Source: Cladosporium halotolerans (Eukaryota). Taken from it: 64,000 bases of DNA. Within the stretch, counting starts at the first letter, position 1, and each line of letters opens with the position of its first letter. The notes beneath the pieces were generated by a model. It was not told the DNA's origin. It saw nothing but the letters and a program-made list of their open reading frames with translations, and ran no database searches. A program made the translations under genes and the position numbers. This document shows positions 48,501-59,373 of this stretch, one piece after another. The DNA is taken from assembly GCF_011745625.1 (NCBI RefSeq), contig NW_027191452.1, positions 806,001 through 870,000 on the forward strand. The letters run 5' to 3'.

Positions 48501-51242
48501 CCATGCCCTATCATCGCCCTCTCCGCCACTGTTGGCAACCCGCAGGATTTCTCGCAGTGGCTCACTTCCACACAGGAAGCCATTGGCAACAAGCTTGAGA
48601 TGGTGCAGCACCCTCACAGATACTCTGACCTCAGAAAGCACTACTACGTGGCACCGAAGCGCTTTGGTTTCCGTGGTCTGCCCGAAAAGGCAGCCTTCGG
48701 CACTCTTGGTCTTGAAGGCCTCAAGGAATTTGGCTACATCCATCCTGTCGCTGCGCTTGTCGACAAGTCGCGCTCCATTCCTGAGGACCTTGGTCTCGAG
48801 CCTAGAGACTGTCTTTTCCTGTGGCAAGCAATGGTCAAGCACCAGACGGAGAAGTACACCGTCCCGGAGCAGCTTAACCCTGCGAAAGCCCTGCCGGAGC
48901 TGATGCGCAAAGCCGACGTGCTCGCTTGGGAGAAGAGCTTGAAGGATCTGCTTAAGACTTGGATCGCTGACGACGCTTCGCCCTACGACAACGTCCTTAG
49001 CGAGCTCGAAGGTGGCTTCAGGAAAATCGAACAGCCGGACCTGCAAGTCACGAAGGAGGAAGGCTCCTCTTCGGACATCATCAGTGTTGACGACGACATT
49101 CTCAAATCGACTTTGCCTATGCTTTGCCGCCTCCACGAGCAAGATGCTCTGCCCGCCATTCTTTTCAACTATGACCGTCACATGTGCGAGAAGATCTGCA
49201 ACACGATCGTTGAGCAATTGACCAAGGCTGAGGAGGCGCAAGTCAAGAGTGGACCCAAGTGGACGAAGAAGCTGGAGCAGTGGGAGCAGTGGAAGAAGAT
49301 CCAACTCAAGAACGCAAAGACTGCAAAGTCTGCGAAGGCCAGCAAGAAGGGCAAGGGAGATGACGAGGAGGAGGGACCTGGCTCGAAGCTTGACCAGCAG
49401 CGTGATGCCGGTACTGGAGATGCCAGCGAGTGGGACAACTTTGATCCCAACTCGCCGCAGACTGGCTACCATTTCGCAGATCTCACCAAGGTCCAGCGGT
49501 CAGAGATGGAGATCTACGTCAAGCAGCTTGGGCGCCGCAACGTCGCACAGTGGCTCATCGATGCGCTCGCTCGCGGCATCGGTGTCCACCACGCTGGTAT
49601 GAACAGAAAGTACCGCCAGGTCTGTGAAATTCTCTTCCGAAAGGGTTTCCTTCGCGTGGTCATCGCTACTGGCACACTTGCTCTGGGTATCAACATGCCT
49701 TGCAAGACTGTTGTCTTCTCAGGCGACTCGGTCTTCTTGACCGCACTCAACTACCGCCAGTGCGCTGGTCGTGCCGGTCGTCGTGGCTTCGACCTTCTGG
49801 GTAACGTTGTCTTCCAGGGCTTGTCGGAACAGAAGGTCTGCAGACTCTTGAGCTCGCGTCTGCCGGATCTGAACGGTCACTTCCCCATCACAACGACTCT
49901 TGTGCTTCGTCTCTTCACTCTCTTGCATGAGTCCAAGAACGCCAAGTACGCCGTCAGTGCTATCAACGGCCTGCTCTCGCAGCCAAGACTGTACCTTGGT
50001 GGGGCTTCCTTCAAGGATCAAACGATGCACCACCTTCGCTTCTCGATTGAGTACCTGCGCAGGCAGTACTTGCTCGATCACCGCGGTGCAACGCTCAACT
50101 TTGCTGGTCTCGTCAGTCACTTGTACTTCACGGAGAACTCTTCTTTCGCTTTCCACGCCTTGCTGAAGGAGGGCTACTTCCATGAGCTCTGTTCTAACAT
50201 TAACAAGAACGAGAAGGGCACCATCGAGACTCTCATGCTTGTCATGTCGCATTTGTTCAACCGTATTCCTTGCCGTCAGGCTGACCAAGAGTACCGCGAG
50301 AAGATCGTCAAGCCCTCTTCGTCGGTGGTGTTCCTGCCTCCTCTGCCGGAAAAAGCCACGCAGATCCTGCGCGAACACAACCAGCAGACTCTGAATGTCT
50401 ACAAGACTTACGTGGAGACTTTTGTTGACCAGCACATCAAGCACGACGACCGCAAGCTTCCCCTCACCGGTGTCGTCGCAGGTGGTGAAGACAAGGACAG
50501 CAACGAGAGCATCGAATCTCTCCCGGCGCCGCGCATTCGCTCCGCCTTTAAGGCTCTCTCTGGCTCTGGCGACGACTTCACTACAATCCACGACCTGTGC
50601 CAGAACACCCGCGACGGCGTCTTCCTGGAAGAAGCCGTCATCCCGCATCTCGACGTTTACCCCGACGAGATGGAGATCCCGCTCAACGCCTGGCTGCTCG
50701 ACTTCTTCAAGCACGGCGACATCAACACGCTGGAGAAGGCCAACGGCATCCGCAAGGCCGACATCTGGTTCATGCTCAACGACTTCTCCCTCGCGCTGGC
50801 CACCATCATCACCAGCCTGCTCAACTTCATGAAGCTCCGCGAGGGCACCGACGTCGACATGCTCGACGTCATGGGCAACCTCGACGCCTCGGAGGAGGCT
50901 GAGGACACTCGCGTCGCCGACGTCGAGGACTCCGCCAGCGAGGCCGGCTCCTTCGCCACCAGCGCCGCGGACTCCGCCATCTCCATGCCCGAGCGCCCCA
51001 AGCCCGTCACCTCGCTGAAGAAGGCCAAGGCCGCGGACAGCTGGGAGGAGCTCGCGGACGAGGAGACCGCGGGCCTGGAGCTGAGCGCGAGGAAGGCGGC
51101 GGACGCGGCGAGGTTCGCCGAGGCCGAGGCCAAAGATGGCGCGCCCGCGTGGGAGAAGGAGGAAGGTTTGAAGAATGTCCTCAAGGCGCTGCAGATGCTG
51201 CACGCGGAGTTCACCGTCAAGTTCAGAGCTATGTGGGCTTAG
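45597..51242 (+). CDS. DDX60-like Ski2-family DExH RNA helicase (1881 aa)
   Basis: APTSAGKT (motif I), APTKALVNQ (Ia), DEVH (II), LSAT (III), GIGVHHAG, ATGTLALGINMP and QCAGRAGRRGFD (VI). N-terminal DLVGDYAG.ELF.IEGDSLL as in DDX60-type proteins. Confidence 0.9.
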   Translation: MSAQAAPKKDVPPQSDLPESWDSDESSGSEDESSVNDEKTDDSDADSDVDPEAETGEDKILRSYKRLLSRRVDLVGDYAGNELFMIEGDSLLLRCFDDESLDFNPGLQLLHATYNVEHFLHNLAFRKCNFHITFFECNRKLCIPPHAEAADASKYLLAREAIIRHLQANLSSTHPDIKVKVFESYEGEDFSEYLKHTSLYFMMTHDGASPVDRKGKHMGEETEVVPGAQRVPLRRMLQSFLARGYNVALVNGLEWVDTKVMTMVLEPRSRSSLNDLPPASQWTSVSSSKSDVAPANVEKLADSALGLTERQALIAAAVSTLMQDHPSIDDSTCAQLCCVLLLHSALLAHLPLSSRRLGDQSGNDATKTFLRSVSQHTQSILRSDKWRSLTAFSGSCDVADLIDGRLFLQLVEQPNAPSAEVMATFTKLFKAAESLLGSSLPKEMLQPSGTGKQGSAEQSQPSKLAVLPFSNPVFDKHLESVHLDVDELAGDEQSVSSHKIFREVTHWHNAKKPIIQKPKEPTAAAAKQEFWAKKRNQMFMAEMARYSASLTGATGRSLEPETIIVGSSQQSRSESPAASEKAPAKGKAAKKSGTQSPADSDQSDSSSAKGKQGQKKPAGGKTGAKNAAKQAMLDNIAAAKAKKEESAGGKVVQAWATVCKNFDADKDSRMRYRKAKDYLVTVRKEWREVIEAEVRLYMLSSLVQYWIDACRRKEQERRIEVVPLIWDTATSVLKSSGLTKTIVTNIELTVKTLQLPPVPETPNASSLPDRKLVFQFALPAKADSIAVKEKAKEFQLLHCGPYLERSFDSRPDSRVEFAPDGWQRRVLDGIDGNKSMFVVAPTSAGKTFISFYAMRKVLEADDDGVLVYVAPTKALVNQIAAEVQARYSKSYKYGGKSVWAIHTRDYRINNPQGCQVLVTVPHVLQILLLSPAFANTWSPRVKRIIFDEVHSIGQAEDGVVWEQLLLMAPCPIIALSATVGNPQDFSQWLTSTQEAIGNKLEMVQHPHRYSDLRKHYYVAPKRFGFRGLPEKAAFGTLGLEGLKEFGYIHPVAALVDKSRSIPEDLGLEPRDCLFLWQAMVKHQTEKYTVPEQLNPAKALPELMRKADVLAWEKSLKDLLKTWIADDASPYDNVLSELEGGFRKIEQPDLQVTKEEGSSSDIISVDDDILKSTLPMLCRLHEQDALPAILFNYDRHMCEKICNTIVEQLTKAEEAQVKSGPKWTKKLEQWEQWKKIQLKNAKTAKSAKASKKGKGDDEEEGPGSKLDQQRDAGTGDASEWDNFDPNSPQTGYHFADLTKVQRSEMEIYVKQLGRRNVAQWLIDALARGIGVHHAGMNRKYRQVCEILFRKGFLRVVIATGTLALGINMPCKTVVFSGDSVFLTALNYRQCAGRAGRRGFDLLGNVVFQGLSEQKVCRLLSSRLPDLNGHFPITTTLVLRLFTLLHESKNAKYAVSAINGLLSQPRLYLGGASFKDQTMHHLRFSIEYLRRQYLLDHRGATLNFAGLVSHLYFTENSSFAFHALLKEGYFHELCSNINKNEKGTIETLMLVMSHLFNRIPCRQADQEYREKIVKPSSSVVFLPPLPEKATQILREHNQQTLNVYKTYVETFVDQHIKHDDRKLPLTGVVAGGEDKDSNESIESLPAPRIRSAFKALSGSGDDFTTIHDLCQNTRDGVFLEEAVIPHLDVYPDEMEIPLNAWLLDFFKHGDINTLEKANGIRKADIWFMLNDFSLALATIITSLLNFMKLREGTDVDMLDVMGNLDASEEAEDTRVADVEDSASEAGSFATSAADSAISMPERPKPVTSLKKAKAADSWEELADEETAGLELSARKAADAARFAEAEAKDGAPAWEKEEGLKNVLKALQMLHAEFTVKFRAMWA

Positions 51243-52286
51243 GTGCGTTTTGGTGGAGCTGCGGTGTGGGTTTGGGCGTGCAGGTTCTGGACTCGGTCGA
51301 GACTGTATGTTTCCCTGGCTATAGACTAGACTTCACTTGGTATCAATGAAGGCGTTGTTTCCCTTTTCGGACGTCGATTCACACGATCTCGCCTCGTTTG
51401 AGTCTGTTGTCAGTGCAGTCGGAGATCCGATGTGCTGCAAGACTGAATCTTCCCCGCTTTCCGGTTCGAGACCTGTCGATTGAGGCGCGCATAGGTAAGA
51501 ACTGGACAGTTCGAGCAGTCGGTACGGTTTTTGTGAGGAAACGAATTGTCCATAAAGTTCGATTACCAGCTCAAACCACTGGATGACCAGATATTACGTC
51601 TTCCTCGCAATGAGCACGTCGTCGAAGGTACGTCCGACATTCGTTGGGGAAAACAGGGTTAGGGTTGGGGTAAACCCGTGGCTGAATGCCCAGCCCCCTT
51701 CGGCATCTACGCTCCACAACACACTCAACAAACGACAATGGCACGCAGAAAGACTCTTTGATGCTGCCTAATAGTCTTCTGAAAGTATAGAAAGTAGTAC
51801 ATAGACAAGAGGCGGGGTCTGATCATTGCCTGGGTAGAGTAATGGATTACCACGAAGCCGCGTTCAGGCGATCGAATAGTATGCACGCACGTCCGGTGCA
51901 GCGGCAGCGCTATGAGGCTGGCGAAGGAGTCATACGGAGACTGTCGCATCACTTAAATTCCTCACAGCCAGAACACACTCCATGATGAGGCATGAAACAA
52001 ATTGGTACTGGAGACCTCTTGTGGCAGGGGACATCGAAGACTGAACTGCAAACTTCCGAAGGGACAGCTGCGACATGTGCGATTTTTGGTATGCGAGTAC
52101 ATATCCGACGTTATTTCATAAACTTCATTCCCAACCAAACCCTTAACGAGAGAGCAGAAGAAGATCCGACGAGGAGAAGAAGAAAAGGGAGGACAAGCCT
52201 CGATGCAAATGCCAGCTCGCTGCGAATGCATCAGAAGTGAAAAACCGGAAAGTAACCACGCCGTCCGACACTCGTCGGTGCCACGT

Positions 52287-53090
52287 TCAGTCCTGCTTTA
52301 TCGCGTCCGCGAACTTTCCCCAGACGCGGGAGAACTCCTGGTAGCCCTCCTGACCCCACAGGAAGCCGCTCTTGAAGCCACGGTCAATGAGGATCTGGGC
52401 CTGCTCTGCAGGGCCGCCGTCGTTGGCATCGCCCTCATAGCGCATAATCATGACGCTCGACTTGTGGTGGAGGTCCCAGGGGATGGCCTCGCGGGTCGGG
52501 TCCATCCACCAATTGTAGCCGGTCTCGAAGGCGGTGACGGTGTCAGCGTAGTCGTAGAACTCCGATGGGATGGTGGTGCCCGGGTTGGTCCAGATCTGAA
52601 TGCCGTTGGGGAAGGCGCCGTGGATGGCGTCATGGACGGACTTCATGTAGTCGAGCTTGTCGAGCTCGGAGGGCGCTTCGTCGACGAAGATGCCGTCGAG
52701 GTGGATGTCCTCGCCCGAGTGCGAGTTCCACTGCGCGTAGTTCTCGGCATCGGCCTGGATGTCAGAGATGGAGCGGTCGGTGAAGCCGGTGCGGAGGTAG
52801 CCGTAGACGTGAGCGTTGCTCGCGGAGTTCAACTTAGCTACACCACCGGTGTAGTCGGAGTTGGGCGGGTACTCGCCAGGGCCAGAGTCGGGGTTGATGA
52901 TGATGTTGAACTGGGTCTGGGGGTTGTCGGAGAGAGCGCGGTAGACCTCGTCCCAGGCTCCATCGATGGGCCAAGAGTAAAGAGGAAGATCAACAGCGAG
53001 GTTCGGGTTGGGAGCAATGCGCTTCTTCAGGGGCGCAGCAGTGGCGACAAGCGCAGCGCTGGCCGCGACGATGAAGTCCCTCAAATACAT
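52287..53090 (-). CDS. Spherulin-4 family (GH135, Sph3-like) secreted hydrolase
   Basis: LPLYSWP, IINPDSGPG, YGYLRTG, LDGIFVDE, WTNPGT and TAFE. Signal peptide followed by a dibasic KKR. Confidence 0.85.
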   Translation of the reverse strand: MYLRDFIVAASAALVATAAPLKKRIAPNPNLAVDLPLYSWPIDGAWDEVYRALSDNPQTQFNIIINPDSGPGEYPPNSDYTGGVAKLNSASNAHVYGYLRTGFTDRSISDIQADAENYAQWNSHSGEDIHLDGIFVDEAPSELDKLDYMKSVHDAIHGAFPNGIQIWTNPGTTIPSEFYDYADTVTAFETGYNWWMDPTREAIPWDLHHKSSVMIMRYEGDANDGGPAEQAQILIDRGFKSGFLWGQEGYQEFSRVWGKFADAIKQD

Positions 53091-55226
53091 GATTTTATGT
53101 TTTCGTGAAAACGTGTGTTTATCGTCTTGCAGATGTGGAAGCGAGTGAGTTAAGCGGTGAATGAGTGACTGGATGCCGTCAAGGCAAACGTGTTGTAATG
53201 AATGACTGGATGCAGCTTATCAAAAGCGCAGGATGGATAGCAAGTGCTTGGGGCTGGGTGGAGGGTAGAAGCTCAGAGCCTACTTCATCGTCGTGGCCGG
53301 GGAGACACCCAGCCTTTTGTATACTACGACGCCTCGAGAGGGGTTGTGTGGCCAGCCCGGGCCAAGGATGTCTGGCCAGAGTAGGACCGCGGACTCCCAC
53401 ATCGTGCATGGAACAGCCTTGGGGACACAAGCCGACACGTCAAGTGGTGACATGCACAAAGGAAATTAGGCGCAAGCAGGCGCTGCTGGGCGGGTAGACT
53501 GCACCTTGAAGCGGGCGGTTAGGCGTGTGGTGGAGGTGAGGTGTGGTGGGCGTGCCGGAGCAACAGCGCCAGAATCGCGGAGGACACGGGAAGGCTGGCA
53601 TCTGAAACGCCCCAGGCCACACTGCAATCTCAAACGTGCAGCCCTACGGCGTGATTATTGACGATTCGGAGACGGCTGACTTCCTCCGCTGCGAACTTTG
53701 AACAGCCTGGTTAACGTACGCGATGACATACATACTGTCATTGGGCAAAAGCAATGAGAAACCCACCGCAGAAGCGCTATTCGTCCGCACCACCTTCCGA
53801 GAGGACCACAACGCCAGGATGATATTCGGACCATCTGCACTATCGCCAATCTCTGAAAAAATGCACACGTAACAAATCGGCATGCCCGTCTGTCATCGAC
53901 CAGGAACGGAAAATGCTGGAACATGTCTCCGTCAACTCTCGCTCTTGCCCCCTGAAAGTGCCGGCCTGCGGCCGCCCATGATCAACACAGTCAGGTCAGA
54001 GGAAGCCACATTCGCCCAAACAGGACTGCCAAGTGCACCAACATCAGCCGCCCTACAGCCTGCAATTTCTGAACGCGCCCTTGGTGCTTTTCATGCACTT
54101 GGCGTGCTTCATCCCACAGAAGGCGTTTACAGAGAACTCTTGTCGCGATCAAATCCCGCATCGGAGAGCGGTCCCTAACATGAGAATGGTACCATATGGC
54201 GAGGAGAGGACCCGTCGACGGGGGCGGCAAATTAGCGACTCCCGAGGCGCAGGCTCGAGGGGCTGATCGATCAGATGCGGCTCCCGACAGAGTCTGGACC
54301 TTTTACGTTTTCACTTCAAATCCTGCCACCTGACAGATTTGGCGACCATTCCTTCTCAAGTCGAGGGTCGGTCGCTTCATCTCAGAGAACAGCTGACAGA
54401 GAGTCACGAACTACGGCAATGTTTGACGAAAGCTTATGAGATCAAGTTGGGATGGTGTCTGGAGCCCCGCCCGGGGCGCCCGCCTTCGCGGTTCTCGATC
54501 CCGTACACGCCATTGTAGCTCGCATTTCACTCGGCGATTTCTTACGACGGCGGCGGAACGATTCTCGCGAGATGCGGACGCTGCCATGTGACTTTCATCA
54601 TGTGTTTTGCGTGATTAGCCTGGGTTGGCTTATTAATGGTCAAGCGATGTTACCTGTGCGACTCGAACGCGCCTATGACAGGAAGTCTACAGCCTGCCAA
54701 GGGCGTGTTGAGTGAGCTGTCCGCGGTAGATGTTGTCGCACGACATAATGCCTGACAGCCGCCGCGGGCATGTTGTGTAACCTCACACAGCGATGGCAGT
54801 CGTTTGTTGTGTCGCGGAGTGGCGGCGCACCATCTCAGTTCAGATTGTTTGTATGGTCCAACCTGGTCGGAGCAAGATGAATGTCGAGCACAGCCGTCGT
54901 AACGTACTTATCAAGGGCAATTTAAGAGGAGAGGACAATAAATCAGATCGGAGCGTTACAAATGGATGAACGGAAGCATTTGGACGTTGACGAAGAGGTA
55001 CAAGGATTATAGATCTAAAAAGACAGCTAAAAAAGAAGCATAGCTGGCATGCGAGTGCAGTACTCCTATTGTCGCGCTCAACCTAGAGCGGTATTTCCCC
55101 ACCAAACGACCACCCCATGCTAAAATCGTTCGCCTTCCAACACAGAAAGACATTAGGTTGTAATGAAAGGATAGTCGACGAGTGTGTCGGCTAGAGAACA
55201 AAAAGAAATGTTCGGCACCGAGCATT

Positions 55227-57623
55227 CTAGAGCCTGATGGGACTCGCCAGGGTGAACTTGACGGCCGAACCAGACATGGAGGCCCACATGATGACGGGCT
55301 CAGTTCCAACCTTGTCCCTAGTAGCCGTGCCCGACGAAGTCGGGGCAGTGCCAGGGAAGGTCACGGGGATGGTAGCGCCGCAGCGGTTGCCCTCGGTCGT
55401 GACGGTGACAGCGGTGATGGTCTTGCCGTCGTTGGAGTAGTTGTAGGCAAGCTTGGGCTTGCATTGGTCACGAGCCATGCGGTCAATAAACTTCTGCGCA
55501 AGGTCATCCTGCTTCTGGGAAATGATGGGCCAGTTCGTCAGGCGAGTCATCTCCTGAACAATAGTCTCAGTCCATGCCTGAAGAAGGGAAAGCTGGCCGC
55601 TCTGTGAGCCAACGGTTATACTGTCCACATCGGTCTGGCGCAGGTTGGCCTGGTGGAACATGAAGCCATCCTTGCGGAGACCAAGAAGGTAACGAGTGGC
55701 AGTGTTGCGCTCAAAGGTCAGGAGATCCTGGAAGGTACCTCTGCCAGAGGCAGTATCAATCCACTCCTGAAGGGTGCAGTCAGGGAGATCGCAATTCCAG
55801 TAGATGGTGGTGGGCCAGCGAGGGACAATGGTCAAGCCGGCGTAGCCATTGTTCGCAGTAGTTGTGACCAACGGCCAGTGCTCGTTGAACGGGCTGAGCA
55901 GCTTCGGGCGAGAGTTGTCACCAACAGCGTTCGTGATGCCGTTAGTGATCCAGGCGCGAATCGCATCACCATTGTGCAGACCAGTGATGGCAGGGGGGAC
56001 CAAGCCCTTAGCCGAGAACTTGTTACCGGCGGAGATGCCGATTTGTCTAAGCCAAGCCTGGTTGAACACGATCTCCTTGTTGGCATCGCTGTACGTGAGG
56101 TTATTCTGAGGCAAATGAGTGAAGGTGTGAGAAAGGTGCGCGAAGGCATTGCGGTTGGCGGCCGTAGTGAACCAGGTGGCGAGGGGGTCGTTCTTGGCGC
56201 AAGCAAGGCTCCAAGTGTACGAAGCTGGAGTGACAGGCCATTTATCCTCGCCACTGCCAAGGGGCTTCTGGAACTCTTGCGGGGTTGCGGGGGGGTAGTC
56301 ATAGTATATTGCGTTGTCAGGGTTGCAGGCCGTGGTGTCGGTGGAGACAGCCTCGATGATATCACCGTTGCCGTTGTGAGCGAGCTCGACGAAGAATCTG
56401 GACCCGGCCGGCATGCGAGTGTTGATGTTGGTCGTCCAAGTCACGTGAGCCTGGAGGTCAGCCGGCCTGAGGCGGAACATTTTGCCAGCAGGCTTGTACA
56501 TTCCCGTCGACAGGTGGACGTCATCGATCTGAGTGCTGAGGTAGGTCTTGCGCGCACCAAGGAACAGACCACGAGTCATCCAGTGAATGTAAGCGTGCTG
56601 CAGGAAGTTGGAGGTGGGAGACCATTCGGTAGCCCAGCTGCCGAACCAAACCATCTGCTGACGACCGGCGAAGTTGTTAATCACAGCAGCGGTGGTGTCA
56701 CCGGTGAAGGGACCACCTGGACCGTACTTCGCAAATTCCCAGGTGGTGGTCCTGTCGGTGATAGCGGCAGGGTAGTGGTACATATTCTTAGTACTCATGG
56801 TGGCTCCCGTCTTGATGTTTGCGGTGGCGAAACCAGTAGCATTGGTGATGCTGATCAGCTGCTCAACGTCGGAACCGCAACAGCCAACACCCTGCGCAGC
56901 GGTGGTGGTGCCGAACGCTGGTTGAGGGTAGGCATCAATACGGACGAAGCGAACGCCAAACGCGAGCTGATAGGCGTAGATTTCGTTGTACTGCTCGGGG
57001 CTGATACCACTGTGCCATTCGCCGCCATCGTATTCGTAAGCGAGTTCGCTGAGGGAGAGGATGCCGCCGTATTTGCCCTGGGTCCTCGAGGTATTGAGGG
57101 CTGGAAGCTGGAAGTTCTCTTTAGGGACGCGTACGATCTCGTAAGGGATGCCGTATCCATCAAGGCCGGAAGTAACAGAGTAAGTGTTGTCACCCTCTCT
57201 AACGAGGATGAGGATGGTTGAATCCACGGTCGCAGCCACAGCCGGGGCGACAGATGCAGAGGGAGTGGGTGTGACAACGGCGGAAGAGGTCGCACCATCG
57301 CTAGTGACGGAGGCGGGTGCAGGTGCGGCGGAGGTGCTGCCAGTGACGGTAGTGACCACGGGAGCAGTTTCGGTCAGAGAGATCGTTTGCTCTTCATCGG
57401 CAGCGGCCGTGTCGGAAGCAGAGGCATCGCTCGACGTAACGACGCTTGAGACGTCACTGCTAGACGATACTATCAATGCAGTGCTACTAGCTTGGTCCGT
57501 GGTGGTGGTAGAAAGCGCCGTCGAGACTGGCTCGGTTGATTGAGAATTGCCTGTTCTGCACGAGGCGAGGGCGATGCCAAGGGCGGCTGCAAGCCTGCAG
57601 ACAGCTCTGGTTGACCAGACCAT
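55227..57623 (-). CDS. agd3: Galactosaminogalactan de-N-acetylase Agd3-like (CE18)
   Basis: 798 aa. Signal peptide, Ser/Thr-rich N-terminus, then GLDGYGIPY, TQIDDVHL, HNGNG, SHTFTH, PPAITGLHNGD and FMFHQANL. Divergent from the GH114 gene. Confidence 0.85.
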   Translation of the reverse strand: MVWSTRAVCRLAAALGIALASCRTGNSQSTEPVSTALSTTTTDQASSTALIVSSSSDVSSVVTSSDASASDTAAADEEQTISLTETAPVVTTVTGSTSAAPAPASVTSDGATSSAVVTPTPSASVAPAVAATVDSTILILVREGDNTYSVTSGLDGYGIPYEIVRVPKENFQLPALNTSRTQGKYGGILSLSELAYEYDGGEWHSGISPEQYNEIYAYQLAFGVRFVRIDAYPQPAFGTTTAAQGVGCCGSDVEQLISITNATGFATANIKTGATMSTKNMYHYPAAITDRTTTWEFAKYGPGGPFTGDTTAAVINNFAGRQQMVWFGSWATEWSPTSNFLQHAYIHWMTRGLFLGARKTYLSTQIDDVHLSTGMYKPAGKMFRLRPADLQAHVTWTTNINTRMPAGSRFFVELAHNGNGDIIEAVSTDTTACNPDNAIYYDYPPATPQEFQKPLGSGEDKWPVTPASYTWSLACAKNDPLATWFTTAANRNAFAHLSHTFTHLPQNNLTYSDANKEIVFNQAWLRQIGISAGNKFSAKGLVPPAITGLHNGDAIRAWITNGITNAVGDNSRPKLLSPFNEHWPLVTTTANNGYAGLTIVPRWPTTIYWNCDLPDCTLQEWIDTASGRGTFQDLLTFERNTATRYLLGLRKDGFMFHQANLRQTDVDSITVGSQSGQLSLLQAWTETIVQEMTRLTNWPIISQKQDDLAQKFIDRMARDQCKPKLAYNYSNDGKTITAVTVTTEGNRCGATIPVTFPGTAPTSSGTATRDKVGTEPVIMWASMSGSAVKFTLASPIRL

Positions 57624-59373
57624 GATTGAACAAAATTGACCGAAGTCGAATAGAAGAAAAGAAGGAAAGTAGGGGAATGATGATAGCGAAAGAAAAGACT
57701 TTTGGAGGATAACACCAACTAGATAGATATAACAATCTGACAGGAGACCCCAAGGGCTGTGGAGGACTCACAACTTGCCGCGCTCGGGTCAGCCTTGGGA
57801 GGATAGCTGGATGCCGTCCCTCCACGCTCTGGGAATGGAAACATTTGGGACAGCTAAGACACGCGCCGTGCCATTGGCACTGCGCAGGGGGTCTCGCCTC
57901 GTCTGAACGTCTTGGATACTTGCCTTGTCGGGAGCTCGGCAGGGCAAAGGGACAGCGACAAGCCGGCGCCGGCGATATTCTCGAGCGAAGAGGCGTCCGC
58001 ACACGAGACGCATGGCTGTGGGCAGACTGGGCGACGGCGGCCGAGTCAGGCTGCGGTATTCTCCGGACGACGGATCCAGGGATCACCAGAGAGGCAGACG
58101 CGCGGATCGTGGCGAGTCGTGTGCTGGCGAGTGGCCCGTTTTGGGTTGATGGGAGGCCCCAGAAGCGAGAACGAGGGCCTGGCGCGGGCGAGTCGCCTGT
58201 CGCTGACCTCGTCCAGCGCCCGATTGGGAGTGAAGTGAAAAGAAGCCTGGTGCCGCATCGGGCATAGCGCGCTTGGGGGAGCAGTGCTATTTCGGCGCGC
58301 CGTGCGGCAGAGGGCCAGGGCCGCCCGCAGCTTCGAACGCAGGCGAGCCAGGCACTCCAGGCACCCGACGCCTCCCCGCCGCGCCAATGCAAATCCCAAA
58401 TCACAAGCGCTGCGACCCTGGATCCTTGGATGCAGCACGCCACCGCCCGCCGTCGTCGGCGCCCAGCCCGCACGTCAACAAGACGGACCCAAGGCGCTCC
58501 CAAAGCCTCCACAAGCCCGCCATCCACGTGGAGTCTCTGCCCTCTTCACCCGCCGTTCGCGCTGCTAAGCCTCGCGGCGAGCCGTCAGTCGCCGTCCATC
58601 GAAGCGTCTCGCCAGACCCTCGTGTGCCCTCCAAACTATCGCTCCACCGTGTGAACGCTGTCATGCACTCTGGCCGGCGCCGGCCTGGACGCTCGATCAC
58701 GCCGCTGTGACTTGCATGTACCCGCAGGCACAGCAATATTGGAGCATCCTTGCATCGCTGTCCTTAACATCGCCGTCGCTACTAACAATAACCTCACGCA
58801 GGTGGAGTCAGTGCTCCCCGCCCACCGTGCGAGCCTTTCCACACGGCTGCGAACCGACTCGGCGTCGAGCGCTCGCCATACGAGCAGCACGAGTCTGCCG
58901 CCTGCTTGATGTGGCGCTGAAGGCTCCGTCTAAAAATCTCACCGTCGAGGCATCGCACCAACCGTAGCCCACCGGCCGCCCCTCCGCGTAAAACCGTCAT
59001 TTCCAGCCGCCGCCCTTTGGCCACGCGTTGTCCGGCTGAGTGCACTATACAGGCTTACCCTCGACTTTATTGGCTAATCTCTGCGGGAAGAGTACATCCG
59101 TGCCAAAGCCAGCCCGTGATTCAGGAGGTCGCCCAGGAGAGATATCTCCAAGCTGGGCCCAGCGGATGCCAATGTTCGCCTACTCAAACTCGATCCACAT
59201 TACTATTTGCTTGTGCTAATTCTCCTCCTAGTGTGTGGGGTCATCAACCCGCGATTGCAGATCGCAGATCACTCCAACACGACCTCCGCACCGCACTGCC
59301 GAGCCTCTGAAGCGTTAGACACGGCTCAATTCGGGAAGAAATCATCAAGACCTTGCATCATAGCTCACACGAC

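Noticed and set aside
49719..51203. 494-aa minus-strand ORF (and 48366..49472)
   Set aside because: Antisense shadows of the helicase CDS.
55653..57221. 522-aa plus-strand ORF
   Set aside because: Antisense shadow of agd3 caused by codon bias. No ATG context or recognisable motifs.
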